Shown piece after piece: positions 37,708 through 49,850 of a DNA stretch of 64,000 nucleotides. This stretch comes from Torpedo marmorata. Its lineage: Eukaryota. The stretch is taken from NCBI GenBank assembly GCA_977017645.1, contig OZ360220.1, positions 118,916,001 to 118,980,000 of the forward strand, written 5' to 3'. Position numbers and translations under genes: made by a program. Each line of letters starts with the position of its first letter. Position 1 is the stretch's first letter. The notes under the pieces were generated by a model. It was not told the DNA's origin. It was given only the letters and a program-made list of their open reading frames with translations, and searched no databases.

Positions 37708-38374
37708 TCATATAATTATTTTCAATTGACTTTTTTTTCGTACTTAAAAGGGTTGTATGTTGCTTAAATCAGCAAAATATAGATTAACACTTTATCATGG
37801 TTTTTAAAAGTTTTAAAGAAGTCCCTGACAACCGAAGAAGGGGATAAGGCTTTGTTGGCTGTTTGAGCTTTGAGGGAGATTTTTGGATGCAGGACTTCTT
37901 CAGTGCACTGTTTGAACATAGAATATAGAATACTACAGCACAGTACAGGCCCTTCGGCCCTTGATGTTGTGCCGACCCATATATTCCTTAAAAAAAGTAC
38001 TAAACCCTCCCTACCCCATAACCCTCTATTTTACTTCCATCCAGGTGCCTGTCTAAGAGTCTCTTAAATGCCCCTAATGTTTCAGCCTCCACCACCATCC
38101 CTGGCAAGGCATTCCAGGCACCAACAACTCTCTGCGTAAAAAAAAACTTACCCCTGATGTCTCCCTTAAACTTCCCTCCCTTCACTTTGTACTCATGTCC
38201 TCTGGTGTTTGCTATTCCTGCCCTGGGAAACAGGCACTGGCTGTCCACCCTATCTATGCCTCTCATAATCTTGTAGACCTCTATGAAGTTTCCTCTCATA
38301 CTTCTACGCTCCAAAGAGAAAAGTCCCAGCTCTGTGAACCTTGCCTCATAAGACTTATTTTCCAATCCAGATAA

Positions 38375-41008
38375 TGTGGTAAACCACTTTGTATAGGTTG
38401 TGGCTGGGTGATATGAGGCGAGCACAAGTCCATGGAGGGCCCAGGTGGTTGTCGTCAAGAACGGGGAGAAAAATAGGATGGTGTTAGATTATAGTTAGAC
38501 TGTCAATAGGTTCACATAGCTTGACGAGTACACTCTACCACGCATTGCAGATATGGCGAATCAGATAGCTCAGTACAAGCTATACTCCACCATAGATCTC
38601 AAATCTGCTTACTACCAGCTCCCCATCCGCCGGGAGGAATGCCCTTCGAGGCGGACGGCAGGCTCTATTACTTCCTGCACGTCCCCTTCGGGATCACAAA
38701 TAGGGTAACCATCTTCCAGAGGGAGATGGAAAGGATAGTGGACCAGTGCCAATTAAAGGCCACATTTCCATACCTGGACAATATTACTAACTGTGGTCAT
38801 GACCGGCAGGACCATGATAACAATCTCCGGAAGTTCCTCCAGGTGGCCAAAACATTTAATCTCACTTATAACAATGATAAGTGCATGTTCGGAATCACCC
38901 GACTCGCTATCCTGGGGTGTGTGTGGAGAACGGAGTCATCGGTCCGACCCCGACAGCATGCGCCCCCTGCTAGAACTACCACTTCCCCACACCCTCAGAG
39001 CCGTCAAAAGGTGCTTGGGCTTCTTCTCATACTATGTACAATGGGTCCCTAATTATGTGGACAAGGCCCGCCCCCTAGTCAAGACCAACACTTTCCCCCT
39101 CTCAGCTGAGGCACGCGCGGCCTTCAGCCTCATCAATGGGGACATTGACAAAGCAGCAATGCACGTGGTGGACGAGTCCACTCCCTTCCAAGTAGAGAGC
39201 GGCGCGTCCGACTTCGCACTGGCTGCTACCCTCAACCAGACGGGAAGACCGGTGGCGTTCTTCTCCCGTACTCTTCAAGGTCCAGAAATTCGGCACTCAG
39301 TGGTGGAGAAAGAGGCCCAGGCCATAGTGGAAGCTATCAGGCACTGGAGGCACTATCTTGCCGGTAAAAGGTTTACCCTGCTGACTGACCAGTGCTCAGT
39401 CGCATTTATGTTCAGCAATCAGCAGCGAGGTAAAATCAAAAACGATAAAATCCTGAGGTGGAAAATCAAACTCTCCACCTACAACTATGATATCATGTAC
39501 TGGCCTGGGAAGCTAAACGAGCCCTCCGATGCCCTATCCCGGGGGACATGCGCCAGCGCACAGATCGACCAGTTATATGCCCTCCACTGCGACCTTTGCC
39601 ACCCTGGAGTCACCCGACTTTTCCACTTTGTGAATGCCCGAAACCTGCCGTACTCCCTTCAGCAGGTCAGGACGATGACCGGGACCTGCCAAGTCTGCGG
39701 GGAGTGCAAACCGCACTTCTACCGACCGGACAAGGCACAATTGATCAAAGCAACCCGCCCATTTGAGCGACTGAGTGTCGACTTTAAGGGCCCCCTCCCC
39801 TCCACCGACAGCAATATGTACTTTCTTAACGTCATTGACGAGTACTCGCGGTTCCCTTTCACCATTCCCTGCCCCGATACCAAAACCACCTCTGTCATAA
39901 AAACCCTCCGCACACTCTTCACATTGTTTGGATACCCCTGCTATATCCATAGTAACCGAGGGTCCTCGTTTATGAGTGACGAGCTGCGCCAATACCTGCT
40001 GGCCAGGGGTATCGCGACTAGCAGGACCACGAGCTATAACCCACGGGGGAATGGACAAGTGGAGAGGGAGAACGCCATGGTCTGGAAGGCCACGCTCTTA
40101 GCCCTCAGGTCTAAGGGATTACCAGTCTCCCACTGTCAGGAAGTCCTTCCCGAGGCACTCCACTCCATCCGCTCCCTGCTGTGCACATCCACCAATGCCA
40201 CCCCTCATGAGAGACTCTTTTCCTTCCCCAGGAAGTCGACCACCGGGACTACCCTACCAGCATGGCTGACATCCTCAGGGCCAGTGCTGCTCCGGAAACA
40301 TGTCAGGAGCAATAAATACGCCCTGATGGTCGAGAGGGTTCAACTACTACACGCGAACCCCCAGTACGCCTACGTGGTTTTTCCTGATGGGCGGGAAGAC
40401 ACGGTTTCCATCTGGGACTTGGCGCCCGCAGGAGCACCTGTGCCCGCCCCTGAACAATCCATGGTTACTGTCTCCCCCGCACTGACCACCAGAGACACAC
40501 AGGAGACAACACCCAATTCAAAACTGACACCAAACGAGACCTCCGTACCGGCCGTGGAATACACACACGAGGTTTTGCTGACGCCAGACGTACTGGTACC
40601 TCCAATCAGGCAGGAGGCATCACCGCCACCTGCCCCATCACCACAAGTACTACGCCGATCACAGCGGCGCACTCGACCGCCTGATCGACTCGACCTGTAA
40701 ATATACTAATTTGTAATTTCTTTTGTAAATATTGTTACACCCTTCACCCCGTGGGACACTTTTAAAATGAGAAGTGATTGTGGTAAACCACTTTGTATAG
40801 GTTGTGGGCTGGGTGATAGGTCTGGACATGCCCTCTACTGACTGTCCCGGTAGCTCCTCCCACAGACCCCCTGAATAAAGGCAATTGTGCCACCACTCCT
40901 CCCCCAGTCCGGGACAGATTACCAGCATGGATGTGACTCCATTCTTTTGCTAATAAATTCAATTCAAGTACAACTTCTAGTCTTTTGAAATTATTGATGG
41001 GCTCATCA
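38375..41008 (+). mobile_element. Gypsy LTR retrotransposon with a deletion from 5' LTR to RT
   Basis: 3' LTR 40779-41008; only about 38 bp of the 5' LTR remains at 38375. TSD gataa/ggtaa. RT (PYLDN), RNase H and integrase (HPG..CQVC, DFKGP, NGQVER) in ORFs 38639-39052 and 38793-40700. Confidence 0.92.
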
Positions 41009-41043
41009 GGTAACATCCTGGTAAATCTCCTCTGCACCCTCTC

Positions 41044-41222
41044 TGGTCAGTATTTGGAGGGGAGACCGCCAAGGAACACCAGGTGCTGTAGATTTCTCCG
41101 AGGGGCGCTGGACAAAATAGCGACCCTCTGTCTGCCATACGGTAGACAGAAATTAAAGAATTTCATGTATGTTACATTCTAAATGTAGTATTACGTGACA
41201 ATAATGGAACCTTTACCTTTAC
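41044..41222 (+). mobile_element. 5S-derived SINE, 5'-truncated, nested in CR1
   Basis: tggtcagtatttggaggggagaccgccaaggaacaccaggtgctgtag (5S 3' part) plus the same body and (CCTTTA)n tail as 62079-62331. Confidence 0.88.
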
Positions 41223-42044
41223 CATAGCTTCCACATCCTTCATATAATGAGGTGACCAGAACTGAACACAATACTCTAAGTGTGGTCTCACCAGAGATTT
41301 GTAGATTTGCAACATGACCTCACAACTCCTGAACTCAATCCCCCTATTAATGAAGCCCAGCATCCCATAAGCCTTCTTAACTATCCTATCAACCTGTGCA
41401 GCGACCTTGAGGGATGCATGGATTTGGACCCCAAAGTCCCTCTATTCATCCACACTCTTAAGTAACTGACCATTAACCCTGTACTCAGCCTTCTGGTTTG
41501 TCCATCCAAAATGCATCGCCTCACACTTATCCGGATTGAACTCCATCTGCCATAGGTTTTGAGACCCTGCTGCTGCTCAAACCTGACTACTGGTATGTGG
41601 GAAACTTCACATCTCCAAGAAAGACACTTAATATTTGGATCAGTTAAATGCAAAACAATGAGATGCCGTAAATGTGAAATGAAAATAGATAATGCCGGAA
41701 ACACTCAGCAGGTCAGGCAGCAACTGCAGATAGAGAAGCAGAGTTTAAGTTTTGGATCAGTTCTAACACAAGGCCTTCATCCCAAAACATTAAAGCTGTT
41801 TCTCTTTCCAGAGATGTTTCTTGATTTGCTGAGTGCCTGCCTCTGGCATTTTCTGTTTTTCAGTTCAGATTTACAGTGACTCTTTGCAGTGATTGTGTCC
41901 AGTGTGTTCATGCTGACAAAATCTGGTCATTTTGGGGGAGGGGAGATCAACCATTGGGCGGGCAATATAAATGCCATCCTAAAAAGTGAACATCGACGTT
42001 GGTAATGATGGAGGAACATTTTAAATCACACACAAACTGGTAAT

Positions 42045-45000
42045 TGTCATGTATTCTATGTTAAGAAATACACTGCAGACAAAGGCATGATGCTTCGTTA
42101 GTCGTTTAATACAAATCTGAAAATGGTTCTCCCGTGACACACAGTATATATCAGTCAGAACGTCATCACGTCGACGTGATGATGTCATACGCCTACAGGC
42201 GGGTACATACATAACACTCTTCCCCCCCACAAAATAAATGCTTGTGAAATATATATAGATGTGTGTGCAGTATTTATAATAAACTGCAATAACTATGTGT
42301 GGGTGCAGTATTTAGGCGTAATACATGGTGCCTCTAGATGAATGGTGATTACAATTACAATGTAACGTAAGTATAAAAAGGATAAAATGTTAAGTTACTG
42401 AACATAGTCTTTCAGTCGTTCTGGCGGACGTTTTTCCCGTTTTGATCGTTACAGAGAGGTCGACTCTGTCGGGATATTTTGCGGACTCTTCGCCTTTTGA
42501 GGTGGTACCTCGGTTGGTGGCAAGAACTGTGAACTTGATCTTTGGCAAACCTCACTCGGCTGTTGTATAGGACTGGGTTGTTGAAGAGGACTGGTCTGTT
42601 GAGGGCTGCTCGGTTGAGGGCTGCTCGGTTGAGGAGGGCTCTCCCTTCTCACAGATATTTCTGGAGCCCAGGGAATTTCATCTGGAAGCTCATCAGAATC
42701 CTGAGCCGAAGGCGTGGCCATAGGATCATCTACTGCTCTTAACTGGTCGATGTGTCGTTTCCATATTTTAGTTCCCACCAGTATAGAATAAGAACAGGGA
42801 CTTCGTTTTTTAAGAATAACCCCTCTTATCCACGGCTCTTTAGTGTCACGGTAATCCCGTACCAGTACTCACTCTCCCACTTCTAGAGATCTGTTAGGTT
42901 TACTTGGAGATGTGGATTGCTGTATGCGAAGGCCGATGTTCGGGTGTACTGTGGAAAGTCTTGTTCTTAAGTTACGTCCAAACATTAATTCAGCCGGTGT
43001 TCTTTTGGTTGTAGAGTACGGCGTGTTTCTATATCCTAATAGGAAATCTGCGATTTTGTGATTCCATGATGCATTTAGGAGTTTTTTTAGTTTTCATTGT
43101 TTTTTTGAAAGTTTGCACAAAACGTTCTGCTTCTCCATTAGTGCTGGGGTGGTAGGGTGCAGATAAGACATGCCGTATATTATTATTATGTAGGAATACT
43201 TTAAAAGCATCCGATACAAACTGTGGACCATTATCGGAAACCAGTTCAATAGGCAATCCATATAACACAAATATACTTCGTAGTCTTTCAATGGTGTGGT
43301 CTGTTGTTGTTTTTTTCATGTGGGATACCACTGGCCATTTAGAGTGTGCATCGACAACAATTAGGAAGTTTTCTCCCATAAATGGACCAGCGAAATCAAT
43401 GTGAATTCTGTGCCATGGTTGCGATGGCCATTTCCATGGATTAGCTTCGGCTTTAGGAGCTTTGGTTTGCATATCTTGACAAATGCCACATCTTCTTACT
43501 GTTTGTTCAATATCAATGCCTATTGAGGGCCACCAGACATGCATATGTGCCAATGCCTTCATCCGAACCATCCCGGGGTGGTTGTTATGGAGTTCGGATA
43601 ACATGGCCGTCTGCCATTTTGTAGGGATGATTGTTCTGGTTCCCCACAATAAACAACCTTCTTCAATCGATATCTCCTGCCGTCGTGTATAATAAGGTCT
43701 TAGCTCTTCAGAAATAGCTTCGGCCTCGGGCCATCCATTTAATGTGAAGTATAGGACTTTTGATAGTGTAGCTTCTTTCCATACTTCTTTGCTGATCGTC
43801 TTTGCCGTAATTGGTAAGCGGTGAAGATGTTCTTGATTAATAGCTGTAGCTTCCACCGTCCATTTAATTATCTTGTCTTTTTGTTCAGTTTCTGGTAGCG
43901 GTAAGCGAGACAGAGCATCAGCAGGGTTGTTTTGTTTTGCTGGTTTATGTTTCAAATCGTAATTATACGCGGCGAGCATCATGGCCCACCTTTGAATTCT
44001 TGTTGCAGCTAGCACTGGTATCCCCTTTTTAGGGTCTAGAATCAAACTTAGTGGTTTGTTGTCAGTTACTAAGGTAAATTTCCTGCTATATAAGTATTGG
44101 TGGAATCATTTAACACCAAATATTATGGCCAGCCCTTCTTTTTCCAGTTGTGCATAATTACGTTCACAAGTCGTCAAAGACCGGGAGGCATTAGTCACCG
44201 GTTGTTCTCCTTTTTCTGTTATCTGTGACAACACTGCTCCTAATCCAACTGGTGAAGCATCCACCGCAAGAGTCACTTCTTTTCCTGGGTCGTAGTGGAT
44301 GAGAACATTGTCGCATGACGTTAATATTTCTTTCAAGCGATCCACCACGTGACTAGTCTCTTCATTCCAGCACCATTTCTGGTCTTTTCTCAATAATTGG
44401 TTAAGAGGGCTGAATAGAGTTGACATATTTGGGATGTGCTTTCTATAATGGTTAACCAAACCCAGGAACGACTGCAATTCGGCGCGATTTGTGGGATAGG
44501 GTGCTCTGCGGACAGCTTCGGTACCTGCGGTGTCCATTCAGACTCCTTCACTGTTAATTGTAAAGCCTAAATATGTTACGGAGGGTACCATAAATACACA
44601 CTTGTCTCTGCGCAGACGGACGTTTGCTTGTTGCAATCGCGTTAGGACTTTTTCTAGGTTGGATAGGTGTTCAGCGTCATCCTGGCCTGTAATTATAATG
44701 TCATCGAGGTAACATCCTACATTAATGCCATGTAATAATTTGTCCATGGTTGCTTGAAATATTGCCGGGGCTGCTAATATTCCATATGGCATTCGGGTAT
44801 AGGTGAATAACCCTAAGTGAGTATTGATTGCCACATATTTCTTGGCGTCTTCATCCCGTTCTATTTGCTGGTATGCTTGTGATGTCCAGCTTTGTAAATT
44901 TTTTTCCTCCGTTCAGGGCTTGGAATAATTCTTCTGCTTTAGGCATAGGATGTTCCGGTATTTGCAACGCTTGGTTAATGGTGACTTTGTCGTCACCACA

Positions 45001-46764
45001 AATTCAGATTTCTCCGTTGGCTTTGCGCACTGGCACGATGGGTGCTGCCCAATCGCTGTATTGGATTCTTTCCAGTATTCTGTCTTTTTCCAATCTCTGG
45101 AGTTCAGATTCAATTTTTTTCTTTTATTGCAAATGGTACTGTTCTGGGTTTAAAGAACGTTGGTTCCACCTCTGACTTCAGGTGTAATTTTGCCTGGACT
45201 CCTTGGATTTTTTCCAAGTTTTTTTCGAAAACCATCTGGTATTCCTTGAGAACTGGCTCAAGTTGTTGCTTGGCCTTATCTTGCTTGGCCTTATCTTCCA
45301 GTTCATTATGGATCCAATTTCCATCCAGTCGAATTGAATGTGTGACAGCCAGTTCCTTCCGAACAGCGCAGGCACCTTGGTGTCAACGATGTAGAGGGTT
45401 AATCTTTTCGGTGTTTGATCTTTATATTTCACGTTTATGTTGCCTTTTCCAAACACCTTGACCTTCTCCATCGTAACTGTTTTTAACACGGTGTCGACCT
45501 CTTTAATGGTGAGGTTGGTTAGCAGTCGTCTTTTTAAATATAGTGGCATTAACGACACTGCTGCCCCTATGACCAACTCCATTCGAATAGGTTCATTATT
45601 AATTTTCACTTCGACGTAGAATTCCGATTTTTTATTGTTCAATCCGCGAACATACATGACTTGCACTATCTTGTCTTCTTCCGAGTCGTTTGTTTCGGTG
45701 CTGGTGCTGGTATTTTCATCCTTCTCTTCCACCGCCCTTACTCCGGGTGAATGCTTTCCATATTTCAGTCCTTTCTTTCTATCCTTTTTACCTTTGTTTC
45801 TTGGACATTTGGATCTGATGTGACCCTGTTTATCACACAGATGGCATTTTGATCTTTTAAAATAACAATTATCAGGACTGTGATTGCGTTTCCCGCAGCG
45901 AAAGCATTCTTGGCGGGAAAATCTGCCCACCACCAGTGGATTGCCTTGGCTAATGTCCAAGTTATTATCGGCCATTTCGAAACCCAAGGCTGTATCATAT
46001 GCTGAATCAAGTGTTCCTTGTTTTTGACTTAGTAATCGTTGTCTGGCACTTCGGTCTGCTAAACCCATTACTAATCGTTCTCTTAAGGCTTCGGTTAAGA
46101 ATTCACCAAACTCACAGTGTTGTAACAGTTTACGTAATTCAGTCAAAAATTCGCTTACCGATTCGCCTGTTCTCTGTTTTCTGAAGTAAAATCTTTGTCT
46201 TTCTGCCATTACAGGTGGTTTGGGGCTTAGATGTGCCCCTATTATACCACACAACTCTGCATAACTTTTTGTTCCTGGTCTTTCAGGTGCTATTAAAGAT
46301 TTTACCAGTTGAAATGTCTTACTTCCCATTTGGCTTAGAAATAGCGATCGTTTTCGGTTGAACGGCGGAGTCTCAGTAATATCATAGGCAAGACAGTGAT
46401 GATAAAATCGCTCTACAAATTCATACCAGTTTTCTTCGGAGTCCACAAACTTTCCAAACGGTGCTTCAGCCATTCTGAGTTTTTATCTTCTTCTTTGTTC
46501 TTGAGCTTGTGGGGACCACAAGCGTTTCCTTTTTATCTTCTTCACTCCAATATTTGGAGTATGGAGGTCCGTTTGAATCCTCGTTGCCAATCTGTCATGT
46601 ATTCTATGTTAAGAAATACACTGCAGACAAAGGCATGATGCTTCGTTAGTCATTTAATACAAATCTAAAAATGTTTCTCCCGCCACACACAGAACATATC
46701 AGTCAGAACGTCATCACGTCGACGTGATGATGTCATACGCCTACAGGCGTATACATACATAACA
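42045..46764 (-). mobile_element. Gypsy LTR retrotransposon (Mag/K02A2.6-like), full-length, frameshifted
   Basis: 172-bp LTRs at 42045-42216 and 46593-46764; TSD GTAAT; Ser-like PBS; PPT. Gag with two CCHC knuckles (ORF 45178-46473), CYLDD RT, integrase (ORF 43029-44045). Confidence 0.95.
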
Positions 46765-46774
46765 GTAATCAATC

Positions 46775-46930
46775 GCCTGCTGGCTTTTTGCTCATACCTT
46801 GATGAAGGGCTCAGGTCCAAAACGTTGGTTACCCTTTGCCTCCCTTTGTAGATGCTGCGTGACCTGCTGAGTTTCTCCAGCACTTTTTTGTATTGCACTA
46901 CAATCACTGCATCTGCAGACTTTCCTGTTT
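46775..46930 (+). mobile_element. Penelope terminal repeat fragment
   Basis: ctcataccttgatgaagggctcaggtccaaaacgttgg...gacctgctgagtttctccagca...tctgcagacttt. Confidence 0.78.
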
Positions 46931-47149
46931 AACAAAATGATGAGTTTTTGTCTGATCAAAAGACTACATGTCCTCCTGACTCAATAGTTTGCTGCTGTGT
47001 AAATCAATCAGAACTTGTGCTTCAGGCATTGAGACTTGATTCAAGGAGTGATGTGTGTTTGGGTGGTTTCCAGTAAATTCTGGTGCGAGATGTCCCACAT
47101 TGACACTTCTGGCCTTGATCAAGCTAGGAAACCGGCCTTTCAGCTCAGC

Positions 47150-47428
47150 AGGCCTGTGCTGACTCTCAAGCACCCATTTAACCCAATCCCTCTCTGTTTC
47201 CCCACGTTCGCATCAAGTCCTCCCTGATTCTACCACACGCCTCCATATTCAGGGCAATTAACCACAGGGCTTTGCCATGTGGGAGGAAACTGGAGCACAT
47301 GAGGGAAACCCACACAGTCACATCGAGAAAGTCCAAACTAAACGTGGACAGTGCCGGGGGACAGGATTGAACGCCGGTCTCTTGAGCTGCAAGGCAGCAG
47401 CTCCACTGGCGCTGAACCATGCCACCAC
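47150..47428 (-). mobile_element. tRNA/V-SINE-like element (old)
   Basis: gggaggaaactggagcac...gaaacccacacagtcaca V-domain complement; head ggtggcatggttcagcg. Confidence 0.7.
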
Positions 47429-47559
47429 TTGTTATTTTATGCATTGGTGCAGCTCCAAGTTGTTACCAAATGGACTAAAACAACTCATAAAGTTTTTAAA
47501 AAAGTCTCTAATATTTAAACAAACACCTACACAAACGGCTGCATGTTGCTGTGATCGCT

Positions 47560-47730
47560 CGCAATTCAGAACAAATGTTGAATGATCAATGAACCAAAGA
47601 CATTGCCTTACTTTAACTTTACGTGCACTACTTTTATTTTTTTTTGTAAGGTGGTTTATATGAATGTTATGCTGCCGCAAACATTGACTTGTTCATGACA
47701 ATAAATTCTGATTCTGATTCTGAATCTGAA
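47560..47730 (+). mobile_element. Rex1 3' UTR fragment
   Basis: caatgaaccaaagaca...atgacaataaattctgattctgattctga. Confidence 0.8.
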
Positions 47731-47989
47731 TCAAGAGCTTTTGCATGCACAACCACTCTTCTCATGGGAATTTGTCACAATTTAAATGACATTAAGAAAA
47801 GCTTTGAAGGAAAAGATAGATATCTCTTGTATCGACACAGTTCCATGAATATCATTTCAAAAATAACTGATCAAATATAATCAATAAAAATAAATTGAGC
47901 ATCATGCTGTACTTGAGGCTGGAGTTATTGTTTTAACTTTAAAATACCGGTAATTGTTCTTAAAAATGTACAAGAAATACAAAAATCAT

Positions 47990-48420
47990 TGCAAGACTTT
48001 CTTTACATTTGTGGTATAATTGGTTTGATGCATTTGTTGTGTGCGTACGTTCTGAATGCATCCTTTGGGGGATTGAAAAATAAGTGTTTAAGAGGATTTC
48101 ACAAAGGACCCAGCACCCCAATGTCTGATGGCAGAAGGACTTGACTTCATTCCTTCTCTGCAAAGTCTTTGCATTGATTGCTTCAAACTTCAGTGTATCC
48201 CTCAGTATGCCCTCCTGCAGCTTTCCATTGTGGATGGACTTCTTGTTGTCCTGGAAGACTAGTAGGTTTCTAGTAGGTCTTTCACCAAGTTGATCTTGCA
48301 CCCACTGCGCTCGCTGGGACCATGCATTGTGATTCACAGGGCACATTCCATACTGGATCCCTGAGTGAGAAAAAAGATGGCTTGGATGTCTGCCACTGCA
48401 GAGGAGCAGGGTTGGGGTCA
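47990..48420 (-). mobile_element. old Tx1/L1-like LINE 3' end
   Basis: Degenerate RNLLVFQ...LQEGILRDTLK motif typical of the Tx1-like ORF2 C-terminus. Confidence 0.45.
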
Positions 48421-48451
48421 CACCTATAAATTTATAAAATTATAAATTTAT

Positions 48452-48693
48452 ACATTTAGACATACAGCACGGTAACAGACCCTTCCGGCCCACGAGCCCG
48501 TGCCGCCCAATTGCACCCAATTCTCCTACAACCTCTGTCTGTTTTTGGAAGGTGGGAGAAAACCGGAGTACCCAGAGGAAACCCACACAGACACGGGGAG
48601 AACGTACAAACTCCTTACAGACAGCGTGGGATCTGAACCTGGGTCACTGGCGCTGTAACAGCATTGTACTAACTGCTGCGCTAACTGTGCCAC
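48452..48693 (-). mobile_element. tRNA-derived SINE (HE1/V-SINE-like), near full-length
   Basis: Head ggtggcacagttagcgcagc..., V-domain, and CR1-like tail cctgttaccgtgctgtatgtctaaat. Confidence 0.85.
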
Positions 48694-48984
48694 CCATCTT
48701 TACCACATTAAGTCAGCGAATGAGCAGTGATTATCTTTCAAGATCATTTTTTCCCTTCAAATATTTGCCTTCTATTTAGGGTCAAGTTAGATCTAATGGG
48801 TGAAGGATATTGGGGAAAATTAAAAGGCAAAAGGATCTTGGCAGAGCCTACTCGGTCACTTCATAATCCTAATGTACTTGCTGTGTTACATCCAACATCT
48901 TTTGTTCTTTTATTGGGTTTTCCAGCGTTTTACTTCTTGGAAATCTGAGGTTTGGACTTTATTGGAACATAAAATGGGTACTGC

Positions 48985-49850
48985 ATTCAAGATTCAAGAT
49001 TCAAGATTCAATTTATTGTCATGCAATAAAACAGTGTCATATTACACAAAATTCCTTTTGCCTGCTGTAAGGCAGACAGATTCGCCATCGGCAGAAATTG
49101 CCTTAAGCGCTTCTTACAGTCAGAGAAAGAGAAGCAAAAGAGAGTCCCCCCAGAGTCACCCAGTGTCCGTAGATTCACCTCTGCAGCCACACAGAGTCCA
49201 GTCCAAACCATTGGCAACCTGAGCTCCAGATCCGAACCTCCGACACGGTCAGGAATCCTTCAACGCCTTCGGCATCCTCTCGTATCCCGGTTCCAATACC
49301 TGGTACCACTTCAGCCAGTTCAAGCCAGTCTCCAGCAGTCCGCAGCCCGGTGCGAGTCTCCTGACAGCAGTCTCCAGCAGCCCACAGCCTCCGCAGGTTC
49401 CTCGTCTCGAGTCGCCAGCAAGCCCACCGCATGCATTGGTCTTTCAGCCGCAGAGCCCCCTCACTGATCCACCGCCGTGGTCACCGTCCCGTGGGTCATC
49501 TCCTCTGCTTCTCCTTCTCAGACGGGGGATGGTCTCCCATTTTCTGGTGCCCTGCGCCAGTCCTCTGCTCCCCTGGAGTCTGCAACCCCTCGTGGCTGCT
49601 GCCGATCAGAGGCACTGCCATCTTGGGCGCAGACCCCGCGGTCGCGGGATTTTAAATAAAACCACAGTCGGCTCCTTTAACGGGCCGTTCAAAACCCATG
49701 CAGAACTATGGGCAGACGACTGGCCGGTTGGACTCCGCGGGAGCGCTATATCTCCACTCCTCGCTCCCCACGGGTCCGCACCAGCGGCAGCGCTGAGTTA
49801 CAGTGTCTCCGGCAGCACCGCCAGTTCGCACACACAGTGCTGTTGCTTAC
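48985..49850 (-). mobile_element. non-autonomous GC-rich retroelement with a Rex1-like 3' end
   Basis: (TTGAATC)n tail, tgacaataaa, and a tctgtctgccttac hairpin shared with the 5S SINE. CpG-rich body with an aagatggc motif. The 5' limit is approximate. Confidence 0.6.

Larger units (their letters stand above)
37915..41550 (-). mobile_element. CR1-like LINE 3' part split by a Gypsy element and a 5S SINE
   Basis: The CR1 sequence ...tccaatccag|gtaacatcctggtaaatctcctctgcaccctctc|catagcttcc... is continuous once both inserts are removed. ORFs 38000-38458 and 41172-41363. Confidence 0.88.
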
